From Eledone cirrhosa (Eukaryota): a stretch of DNA of 64,000 bases. The notes beneath the pieces are model-generated. The model did not search any database. It had not been told where the DNA came from and saw only the letters and a list, made by a program, of their open reading frames with translations. The position numbers were made by a program, and so were the translations under genes. The stretch spans positions 95,046,001-95,110,000 of the forward strand of contig OZ024741.1 in NCBI GenBank assembly GCA_964016885.1, read 5' to 3'. Numbering within the stretch: position 1 is the first letter of the stretch; every line of letters starts with the position of its first letter. Of the stretch, positions 14,337 through 25,219 are shown one piece after another.

Positions 14337-15100
14337 CTTAACTTGACAGAAGGTGATCTCCAACTTGCACTTGATAGGTTTGATGCTGCATGCTGCATGG
14401 CTGCAATGAAAATCAGTGCTGTGAAGACTGAGACACTTATCCTCTCAAATAAGCCTGCACAGTGCATTCTGCATGTGAATGGAGTTCCACTGAAGCAGGT
14501 AGAGATGTTCAAATATCTTGAGACCATGTTCACGAATCATGGAAGACAGGAGGCTGAATTAAGTGCAAGAATTGCAGGAACTGGTGCAGTAATGTGCCAG
14601 CTTCAGCATTCAGTAATCAGAAGGGAGGTAGGTGTAAAAGTCAAACTCGCTATCTTCAATTCGGTATTTGTGCAAACCCTTACCTATGGTCATATAAGTT
14701 GGGTAATGACTGAAAGACTACAATCGCGAATACAAGCAGCCGAAATGGGGTTCCTCAGAAGCCTCTTTGGAGTAACGTTACTCAATAGAGTGAGTAGCTC
14801 GGAGATCAGAGATTCACTCCAGGTAGAGCCACTACTTCTCCGAATTGAGAGATCACAGCTCTGATAGTATGGGCATGTGGTTAGAATGTCTCAGGAAAGA
14901 ATTGCTAGACAGATTTTCATGCAAAACCAACCAGCAGGAGACCCAGGGGTAGACCTTGTGCAAGATGGTTGGATAACATCCATGAGCTTGGCTGGTCTCA
15001 CTTGGAAACGGTTGCTTCTGACAGGACTTGCTGGAAGGAGTGTTTGAGGACTCTGCCCTCTCAACCCTCTTAGGAATAAGTAGGTGAAGAAGAAGGAAAG
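14337..15100 (+). mobile_element. 5'-truncated RTE-clade LINE remnant (Rex3/Expander-like), RT C-terminus and tail
   Basis: ORF 14343-14864 reads DLQLALDRF...MKISAVKTE...FKYL...LTYGHISW...IQAAEMGFLR...VEPLLLRIERSQL*, followed by a degenerate YGHVVRM and a GAAGAAGAA tail. Confidence 0.85.
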
Positions 15101-15903
15101 GAGAACAAGCTGATCAATTCGTAGGAAATATTTGGTTGTGAGATCTGACAACTCAGCATACATACAAGAGACATGAAGGGTGACATGTGATAGGATATTT
15201 GGTTGTTTGTTTAATATGTAATGAAAAATGATGTCACCAATGTGAAAAGTTTCAAAAATTGTCACCAATGTGAAAAGTTTAGAACACTGTTCTAGTCTAT
15301 TTAATCTTTCTATTTAACGTCTTATTTTTGGGAGGTGAAAACATGTTGTTGTCATGGTATTTGATAGTTGATGCCTGGTGTCATTAAGTTTGGAATTAGA
15401 AAGAAAGTGGGTGTGTAAGTGGGTGGTAGGTAAGAAAAATATTGGTGCTAGGGATGGGTAAGTGCCAGGAAAGGGAAGTGAGGAATTTAGTTGCAATATA
15501 TTTGGTGAATGATCAGGAGTGGTTATTTGATAAGTCTGTTGTTGTTTGGTTATTTTTCTTGTAACAACTCTACTATCTTTAATTGTTATTGTAGTTATTG
15601 TGTGTTTGGGCCTGACTGTCTGCCTTGCCAAACATGGCATAGTTTAACTATGTAATGTTGCTGTGGCTGTACACAGTTTGAATTAATTTGGTGACAGTTT
15701 GCTTTAGACTAGAATATTTTGTTTGTTATGAAAGGAACTATTCATTAGAGAAGGGTGAGGAAGAGGTAAATAAATCTTCTGAGAGTCAGATAAAACTAGA
15801 AGGAAGAAACTATGTTATTTTTTCTCTAATGTACCAATGGTTATTCTTGTCTTAGTAAGTAGGTGTGTTGTTAGTGAGGTTGGGAGCTAAAGGTCAGTGT
15901 GTA

Positions 15904-15946
<43 letters not shown>

Positions 15947-16603
15947 TTATTGATACCATCAGCATCAGCATTTCATATCTGTTTTTCTATTCTTGCATGG
16001 GTTGAACAATTGTTTTCCAGCTCACCATCCTGCCATTTCTGCAGGCTCTTTCTGCTTGATATATCTTCAACCAACTGTTACCCTTCATATACATCATATG
16101 TCTGTATCAGCAGAGCCTTCTCACTTGCACACTAAAGCTGATTCTTCTTATGCCTATTTGCTCTTTGCTCATCTGAGTTGCATAGTTTAGGCATGACAAC
16201 ATTACAGAGAGAGATGCACACACAAGTGTCTACAGGTACGGCCAAATAGTTATGAACTTTGTTTTACAATCACGAGATCTTATGTTGGATTCTGCTTCAT
16301 GACAGCTTGGGCAAGTGTCTTCTACCATAGCCTCTGGTTGAAACTGTGAAAGCCTGTCTTGTTGACTATACTTGTAATTCAATGGGGAAGCCCTGTCACG
16401 CATGGTGTTACACTGAGTCTGCCTGGGGGTTAAGTTAATGGTACAAATGTCTGTGGTGTAATGAGTCACATTATAATTCAATAAGTAGATAGTTGTGTTG
16501 ATTGAACGACTGGGACAAGCATTGTCAAAGCTAGCACAAATTCTAGGTAGTAGACTTAATCCACTACTTGGTTTAAACTCTATCACCTGACTCTTGATTA
16601 GTT

Positions 16604-16819
16604 TTGACCCTTTAACATTTAAACAGGCTGTATCCGACCAGAATTCTCTCACCTCTTTCTGTTCAAACTAGCTGTAACCAACCGCTCATACTGATGTTAA
16701 GGTATTGTTCTCAAAATAAATAATATTAAAATCTCATAGATTCGATATTATGTGAGGTAAAGACTTTAGCATGAAAATATAATAATAAATATAAAGTAAT
16801 GGTAATGCTAAAGGGTTAA
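16604..16819 (+). mobile_element. piggyBac-type MITE, family A
   Basis: Ends TTGA-CCCTTTAACATTT and AATGCTAAAGGG-TTAA. Body is homologous to 22094-22310. Confidence 0.8.
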
Positions 16820-17288
16820 CAGGCTCCATCATTGCCAGCATTTGAGCAACATCTATAGTCTCAGAGACACTGAAGAAGATCATGGATGCTACCTTTGACT
16901 AAACCATTTTTAAAAAATTCAAAAAGCTTATGATATAGAAATTATTTAACATCTGATTATTTAAAATGATCAATTGAAATGGACTTTTCTTTGACATAAA
17001 ACTTTTGACTATCCTTAAAGTCTCTTGTATATTAGAGGAAGTGGGAGAAGAAATGGACGATGTTGTGTTCATGTTTTCCCGCCTAGTGCAAAATGATTCC
17101 TCCCTTCACTTTTGTTTCATTGTTTAATCTAGAAGGAAAGTGCTTATGATCCTTTTTCAAGGCCACTAAGACTGTTGGGCAGAAGGAAAATATCTTCAAA
17201 CTGGAGACCTGGCCCAAATCATTGTATTAGGATGAACTCTGTTAAAAGCACCCAAGAACCAAGTAGTGGTGTTAAACTAGGTAACAGA

Positions 17289-17545
17289 TTAACACTTTTG
17301 ATACCAAACTACCTCTAATTCTACAAATCAAAGCTGTTTGTTTTGATGTTTTGTATTTATTTAAAAACCATCCATCACAATTTCAAAGAAGAACATTTGT
17401 TAAGTTATTCTAAACACTATCTTGATAATGAGAAAGTTAGTTATATTACTAAAACCCTACAAATTTTGGATTATTTTCAAAATTATAAGAAAAACATTGA
17501 TAGTGTTATTCAATTTTTTTAGAAACATTGTAGAGAAAAAGTTAC
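17289..17545 (+). mobile_element. piggyBac-type MITE, family B, degenerate (related piece at 18407-18600)
   Basis: Starts TTAA-CACTTTTGATACC. Body resembles 60341-60568 (e.g. GATAATGAGAAAGTTAGTTATATTACTAAA). Confidence 0.55.
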
Positions 17546-17995
17546 ATCTACTAATCAAGGCTGGAGTCATTTCACTACAGTTCTTAGAATTAAAAACTAA
17601 GTAGCTGTCTTGACTTGTCTGGAAGAAACTACTTGCTCTTCAAACTATTATGAAAAATAATTATTACTAACAGATTTACATTATGGTAAATTTATGATAG
17701 CAGAAGTGGTAGAGTAACGAATAAAATGCTTTGTGGTATTTAGTTACCTACCTTTACATTCAGATTACAAAGCTCACGAGTGTTCACTCTACTTTTTATC
17801 CTTCCGAGTATCACTAAATATAATTACAGGTCAGGTACTATGGTTGGTATAATCAGCTATATCATCATCATCATTTTACGTCCGCTTTTCCCTGGTTTCA
17901 CATCTATAATCTTCTTCTATACTCTATGCTAAAATGTGTGGCCTTGATCCATTGTAAAAAATCATTTCCATAGTTTTAAATAGAATCTATATTAT

Positions 17996-18120
17996 ATATT
18001 GATATACTTTGGGAGGGTTATGTTGCCAATAAACACATGCTCCATGGCAAGATGACCATCTCAAAGTATAACAATATTTGTTTCAACACATGATTCCACA
18101 TAAAAATCTTGTAAAACAAA
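17996..18120 (+). repeat. Fold-back repeat plus tail, same family as 49622-49780 and 38595-38668
   Basis: Inverted arms ATATTGATATACTTTGGGAGGGTTATGTTGCCA and TGGCAAGATGACCATCTCAAAGTATAACAATAT, then a tail homologous to 49724-49780. Confidence 0.75.
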
Positions 18121-20561
18121 TATATATATATATAAAGTATATTATATAAATATTAGAGAATAAATAAATCACTTAGAAATATTGTCTTTAACTCTCTGCA
18201 TAACTTTATTCTAATCATTCCTAATTTCAACATTAGTCAGTGCCTGATATTGTCTTTTCCTCACAACATAATTATTTCCAATTAAATTTTTAATACTCAC
18301 TGTACTAAATATGTTAACATTAACATGACTATAACTATTATTATGAACAGTAGTAAGTGATGAAAATAGTGGTGGTCTGAGTAACAATTAGGGAGTTTTA
18401 ATTTTTTTAAGACCATCCACCTGAAACTGCCGCTTGTCTAAAAACCCGCCATATAATTTTATTTATGTTATGCTCCAAACACCAGCTTGATAATGATTTA
18501 GTTATTTTACTAAATCCTCCAAAGTTCTTGCTTATTTTCAAAATGACTTGAAAATCATAGACAATATATTTCATTAGAAATCTGGTAACAAAAGCATTAA
18601 ACAGTTTAAAAGTGTAATTAATTGGTTTTCTATAAGCAAAGAGGAAAAATGTAATATTTTTGTCATTGGAGAATTATGTTAATATTCTTCTCAGATGAAG
18701 AGTACTGCCTAAAAACATTAGATAAACCAATTTTTGATTATATAAAAATATTACTTTTTTTCTTGCTTGGCACAATATCAGCTTTAAGAAACAATTAGCA
18801 TATGCTTCGGATTATAAAACACACTGCCGCATATGATCTACCAGTGCATAAGACAAATAATTAATCTTTAGCATGCTAGAAATTTTTATGAATTGCTTCC
18901 CTTGACACTGCATTATGTATTAAAGGGGAGATTACTCTATAGGCCACATACTGTTCCTAGAGCGTGCTGAAGGTTAAAAAAAAGTTTTGAGGAAAAAATG
19001 TTATAGTAGTATTTAATGTTTGTATTTGATGTATATGATGCTTGCAGATTTTGGTATAAATTTGGAGGTAAAAAATGGGTCTTGTACACTGAAAATATAG
19101 TAAATATGGCAATACGTGAATTTATTCCAACATATTACTGGAACTTTATCTATTCTGAAGAAATAAAAGCAAATTCTACATTAGTGTGGTTAGAACGTTA
19201 ATTCTTTTGATAACAACCTACCCTTAAACTACTAATGTTTCTGTGAAACAAAATTGCCCCTTTTAAAAGGGTTCATATTTAAATTAAAATCTTCCGACAT
19301 AGATTGCTGCTGAGAAAATTAGATATTTCCCGGGTTTAGTAGGTTTAAATAAATGTGAAGTGATAGTTTTACTGGTAGTCTTCTTCATGGTTGAGTGGTG
19401 TGAAACCCCAAAATGAGAAATAGGATCACTGGAAGGTCCTGAGTTCATATCCTGCTGGAGAAGGGTAAAAACATCATGAGGACACCTAAGAGTCATGACC
19501 TAGGTGGGCTCGGCTCTCTTAGAGTGTCAGGTAGAATCAAGGGCTGAAACATTTGCTTCATGGGAGTTCTTCCTCTGCAGATCCTCCAGCTGTCCACTCA
19601 CTCTGTTATGAGTTTTCCTTTTTTAAGCAATTAGTAGTTTTAGTAAATACTTTCAATTTCTTTAGAATTACTTAAAATAAAATGTATTTGATTAGAAATA
19701 TGGTCATAAAATTAAAGTTAAACTATCTATTTTCGATTGTTGCATATGTCTTCTCTTCATTTCTGAGTGATCTACTAAATGTGTGTGTGTTTCTTATAAA
19801 ATTTGATAACACTTTATGAATACTTATGTTTATCTATTTTTCTTTTCAAATATCAAGAACATTGTTATAATGTGTCAAGCTATTTACACGAGATTTTAAA
19901 ATTTGGTCAAGTTAATCTTATCAATAGAATTCAAAGGACAGCTTTTGCTTCTCTTTTATCTATTGAGATTTTCACAACCATTGGTTTTTCAGCTAGAACT
20001 GTAAACTACTGTTTTATTTATAGTAATCTGAGAATCTCCTTTCACTTGGGTGTTAGGTCACTAGTAATTTCATAGTTTACGGATTTATCTCCCCATTTCT
20101 TCTTTATTGATTGTTTCATATAGAGAATAATTAATTATTCTATGTATATTGAAATAAGTATTTTTCGCTCTTTTTGTTTTTTGTTTTAAACCAGAATTTG
20201 TTTTATTTGTCTTTTTTTATTTTAGCTTTATAAAAAAAATTTAATTACCAAATAGATCATTAATCTGGAAATGTTTTCCTACATTTTGTGAAGAAAGGAC
20301 TGTAGGAATTAACTTTGAGGTATTGATTCTATTTATGGATATAAAGCAACAGAAGATTATTTTTGGCAGAGTTCTGGAACATTTTCCCCTGGTCTTTGCC
20401 AAAGATTATCTCATTCTTAAATATAATTCTATTTTTTGGGGGTAATCGATAATACCAGTTTTAAATCACTATATTTATTCAATGGGGTGAGGTGGAGTAG
20501 GATATTATGTTTCATTTAAAAAGGTAAAAATATTTTAAACAACAAAACCAATATATATATA

Positions 20562-20599
<38 letters not shown>

Positions 20600-21263
20600 A
20601 ACACATATACATACAAACCTGAAATTGATAATTCGATTTTTTAAAATAAATTATTTTTTTAGAATAGAAAATCTTTGAATATAGATATTTCTTACATTTT
20701 AAAGTATAACTCTTTCTTTACTTGTTAAAGCTGACTTCAATAGTTAAACTTAATTTTTGTTAAATCAGAATCAATCATTACTGACAGTTGACATTAACTG
20801 TCTAAATAATACGTGATATGAATTGCTTGAACAAAACACTTCACAGTAATTGCTTTGGCTCTTTATGTTCTGAGTTCAAATCTCACCCATGTCAAATTTA
20901 CCTTTCATCCTTTCAAGGTTGATAAAATAAAGTACCAGTTAAGTACTGGGGTCAGTCATCAGCAGAGGCATAATTAGGGAAAATAGCGCCAATGGCAAAC
21001 AGTGAAATTGTGTCCCTGCTCAGCACTGTATTTTTACCTGTGGGTCTAATAATTTATATAAATGGTTTAATGATTCAGCCACCACAGTGTTCTCACCCAT
21101 GATAATCAGAGACAGATCATGCATGTGAAAGAGTTTCTTTATTCACTCTCCGACGAGGCTTATTTGACTTTAATAGAATGTGCTCCTAGTCCAAGTGGCA
21201 CCTTTTTCATGTGGTGCCCATGGCACATGCCATCCTTGCCATACCCTTTATGCCTCTGGTCAT

Positions 21264-21640
21264 CATCCTTGTTTAACGTCTATTTTCCATGCTTGCATAG
21301 GTTAGACAGGTTGTCTTGTTATGAGGCTAGCCAGATCAGGTGACTACGTCTTGCTCATATGGATCTATTTTTCGTCTGGTTTTCATGGCTAGATATTCTT
21401 CCTAACATCAACCATATTACAGCATGCACTGAAAACTTTTTTCGTGGCTCCACCACTACCAATTTACAGGGTGGACTGGATGCTTTTTGTTTTGGAACCA
21501 GTATGACCACCTTACAATGCGAACTGGGTGCTTTTTTGTCATGGTACCAGCATGGCCACCTTACTGAGTGGACTGGGTGCTTTTTTGTCATGACCCCAGT
21601 ATGACCATCTTCGAGGGTGGACTGGGTGCATTTTTGATAC
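21264..21640 (-). repeat. Old RTE-tail/SINE-tail copy with about five tandem degenerate 45-bp 3'-UTR modules
   Basis: Starts with a CATCATC tail and TTTAACGTCTATTTTCCATGCTTGCATAGG. Then repeated GGACTGGGTGCTTTTTTGTCATG...CAGTATGACCA units matching the LINE 3'-UTR module. Confidence 0.7.
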
Positions 21641-22093
21641 AGCTAAAGAGTCCTCCTGACCCTTAGTTTGGCAGGTTTCATACTTTTCCTATCACTAACA
21701 ACTTTACATAATGTACTAGGTGAATTTGTCATGTAGACCACCAACATTAGAGAGAGTTTATGCCCTTGACACAACTGAAGAGTCCTGGTGCCATGAAAAA
21801 TGCACCCAGTACACCCTATTAAATGTTTGGTGATAGGAAAAGCACCAACACTAGAGATGTCATTGTGTCATGACTTGAGTCCTCTCAACCTTTTTTGGCA
21901 TGTTTTCTACAGCTTGCTAGTACCAACCATTTTATCATTGCCCCAGCAAGAAGGAGTTTGTTGGTCATAGACTCAGCTGAAGGTCCCCCCTTCCCCTCTG
22001 AGGGCTTTCTAAGGTAGAAATAAGATGGGGGAGTAAGAAGATTGATTGGTATATCATGGGTAAGTGACAAAAGGTGGGGCTGACAAGAAAGGT

Positions 22094-22310
22094 TTAACCC
22101 TTTAGCATTTACATTGGCTGTATCTGGCCAGAATTTTCTCACCTCTTTCTGTTGAAACTGGCTGTAACTGGCCACTTTATACCAGCGTTAAAGTATTGTT
22201 CTCAAAATAAATAATATCAAAATCTCATAGATTTGATATTATGTGAGGTAAAGCCTTTACCGTGAAAATACAATAGTATATATGGAGTAATGTAAATGCT
22301 AAAGGGTTAA
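22094..22310 (+). mobile_element. piggyBac-type MITE, family A (best-preserved copy)
   Basis: TTAA on both sides. Perfect 18-bp TIR CCCTTTAGCATTTACATT / AATGTAAATGCTAAAGGG with CCC...GGG termini. Confidence 0.9.
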
Positions 22311-23367
22311 TGTTTGGGTGAGGTTTTAACTGGTGAATAAAGCATGCCATGGGTGAATGACAGGGTGATGAGAAGGTGGGGATAGGTGCAGGTGATCCTG
22401 GATAGATTACAGTGATATATATTTATATATATATATATATATATCCTTGTCCATTTATTTTATTTTCCCCTGTTCACCGACTGCTCATACATAGTCTTGT
22501 AGTCTTTCAGCAACTTGGCAGCAGTATTTTTACTACTTCAAAATTATATAATTATGTTGGCCAAGTTAATGAGATAGTTCTCACATACAATATTCTTCAA
22601 TATTCTGACATTTTATACTACAAGGCCTGACTACAGTCAGTGGAAGGCCTCGAGGGAATTATTTGAATCTCTTGCCAGGAATACTGTGCAAAAGAATCCA
22701 AAGATCCAGGTTTTGGTTTTGCAATAGTGCACTAGTGATACTAATGATTTCTTTGATATGAGGCCAATTTTATAAGAGTAAAGTCATCATCATCTACATC
22801 ACAATGCCCACTCTCCCTGATAGCAAGGGTTGGATGGGCCTTCACTGACTGAGTCAGTACTGAAGTGAGGCTACTGACCTCCCAGACAGGCTGGGGGTTC
22901 ACTTCTCGCTTACATATAGTCCCATGCTCTACTGAGTGCATTTTATTGTGGCTCTGGTACTAGAGAGGTTGTCATGTCTTTGACATGAAGTGTTCTTCAG
23001 TAGAATATATATATATATATACTCGTCTGCCTGCTACCAGTACAACCCAGTACAACCATTCAACCCAGTACAACCTTCTTCATGGTCAAGTGGTGGGCGA
23101 TTAAACCAGCCTCCCCCAACAGACCCTGGTCTGGTGAGGAGGGTAAATTGAACCAAGCAGCACAAAAAGCAAAAGCTATTAAAAGAGCGGATGAACTTCC
23201 CAGTCAATGGCCATCCAACCTGCAATTGGACAAACGTAGCGAGTATGGCTACACTCCTGACATGACCAAAACCAAACAAAGCAGTGGAGGCCAACCAGGG
23301 AGGGGTTCCTCCAATAGGAGTGAGACGGTGCTGGATTGGATATATATATATATATATAATATACTGT

Positions 23368-23690
23368 GGGCACACATGGTTTAGTGGTTAGGTTATTTGA
23401 CTCATAATTGAAAGGTTGTAAATCCGTTTCTCACCACCACATTGTGTCCTTGAACAAAACACTATATTCCATGTTACTCTAGTTCACTCAGCTGGAAAAA
23501 ATAAGTTGTATCTTGAATTCTAAGTGCTAGCCTTGTTATATACTGTGTCACACTGAATCTCCCTGAAACATGTTTGAAATGCTCAGCCACTTACATGTCC
23601 ATTTCATATTTCATGTGCTGGCTGTTTTGTTGATTAAACAAATGTGTTTTGTTGATTAAACAAATGAACACTTGTTGGAACTGACATATG
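23368..23690 (+). mobile_element. Old tRNA-derived SINE with CORE/Meta-type central domain
   Basis: A-box TGGTTTAGTGG. GTGTCCTTGAACAAAACACT...GTTACTCTAGTTCACTCAGCTG is homologous to the SINE at 38750-39018. Confidence 0.65.
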
Positions 23691-24011
23691 AACAAATTGA
23701 CCCAAATATTATATTTTATCAACCTGAAGAGTTAAAAGAGAAAGTTGACTATGGATTTGGTGGGATTTGAACTCAGAATTTAAATTGTACCAAACATTTA
23801 GTTTTATATTCTACTACATTTGTTCATTTTTGCTTCATCTCCTACAACACCACAACAACTAAAGAAAATTATGCCCTCATCAGAATAAAAGAATGTTTGG
23901 TGTTAAAAAAATTGTCTCACCTAAAATTCAAATTGATTTCTTGAGTGGCTTGTGCTCCATGTTAAGAATTACTAGGGCAATTTCCTGTACTCCAGTGATA
24001 GTGCTAATAAT

Positions 24012-24170
24012 AATAATTGTTTCTATATTTAGCACAAGGCCAGCAGTTTGAAGGGAAGGGGAACGTCAATTAAATTGACTCGCAATGCATTACTGGTGCT
24101 TTATTTTATTGACTCCATAAAGATGAGAGACAAAATTGATCTTGATGGGGATTTGAACTGAGAACTTAAA
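24012..24170 (-). mobile_element. Degenerate Nin/Deu-domain-like SINE
   Basis: Matches the reverse complement of 62536-62725 (GCACAAGGCCAGCA, TACTGGTGCTTTATTTTATTGAC, GGGATTTGAACT). Confidence 0.7.
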
Positions 24171-25219
24171 ATGTGGAAGGTTTACACAGAAATCAGATAA
24201 ATAAAAAAAAAATGGTATACATAGTATACAAATATGTGGTAGTCTCCAATAAGGAGGATTACTACCTAGGGCAAGTTAAGGAAACTCATGGTTCTAGGAT
24301 TATTCTAACTTCTTCAGCTATATTCTCTGGAGATTGGACCCATTCACTTGGACTATGCACACCATTCTCACTGTTCTCACCTTCCACTCTGCCCTCATCT
24401 TCCACTACACCTTGACCCATACTCTTACAAACCTCACTTTTCACTCTACCATCACCTTTCTCTCCACCTATCACTCCTTCTCCATTCCCACCTCCCTCTC
24501 TATCCATACTACCATCTTCACCCATACATCCATCTCCAACCTCATCTTCATCTCCACTCACCCCTCTTTACACCCTCACCGTCCTCACCAAGGGAACTTA
24601 GTAGCATAAGGCCATATTTATTTGGAAGGTATATTGCTGATTGACTAGTTCTTGTTTCATTCACCTTGTGGGATGGGTGATGAAATTTGAACTAAGAATG
24701 TGATATCATAATAATAAAAATGATAATAATAGTAATTATATTATAGTAATTTCTAAGTCATGCCATTCATTGTATATATATATATATATGGAAATGAACT
24801 GAAATTGTGCTAGCTTCTTGCAATTAACTGTAGATCTTAGTTACAATATTTTGTTTGTTTCTTCAGCATTGATCCAAGTCTCCTTGGTAACATAACTTAC
24901 CTACTGTGTATAATGTCCTACTATTGAAGGTTATGGTCTTTGCACACAGACTGGAAGCATTATATCTACCATACCAGTTTGCTTTGAGCATTTAAATAGC
25001 TGCTGTGCAACTAGTCTATCAGTAATACCACTGCATTTTTTATGAACTTGCTGCTTGTATTATTCACCAAAGTATTGAGTTGCTACAAGCTTCCTTTTTA
25101 TACATATATGATGATGATGATGATGATGATGATAAGCAAAGCCATTTTCTCTGACATTGTGGTTATTTGGAAATTATTGTCAACAACTAACATCTTGGCT
25201 GTATTAAAAAAACTATGTT

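Noticed and set aside
15314-16460. Minus-strand ORFs with a CPSC motif as a LINE C-terminus
   Set aside because: Only a weak echo of an I/Jockey-type end; I could not recover enough motifs to support it.
24286-24644. Overlapping His/Pro/Ser-rich and Gly/Glu-rich ORFs
   Set aside because: C/T-rich low-complexity tract, possibly a decayed PLE 3' region, but too degenerate to call.
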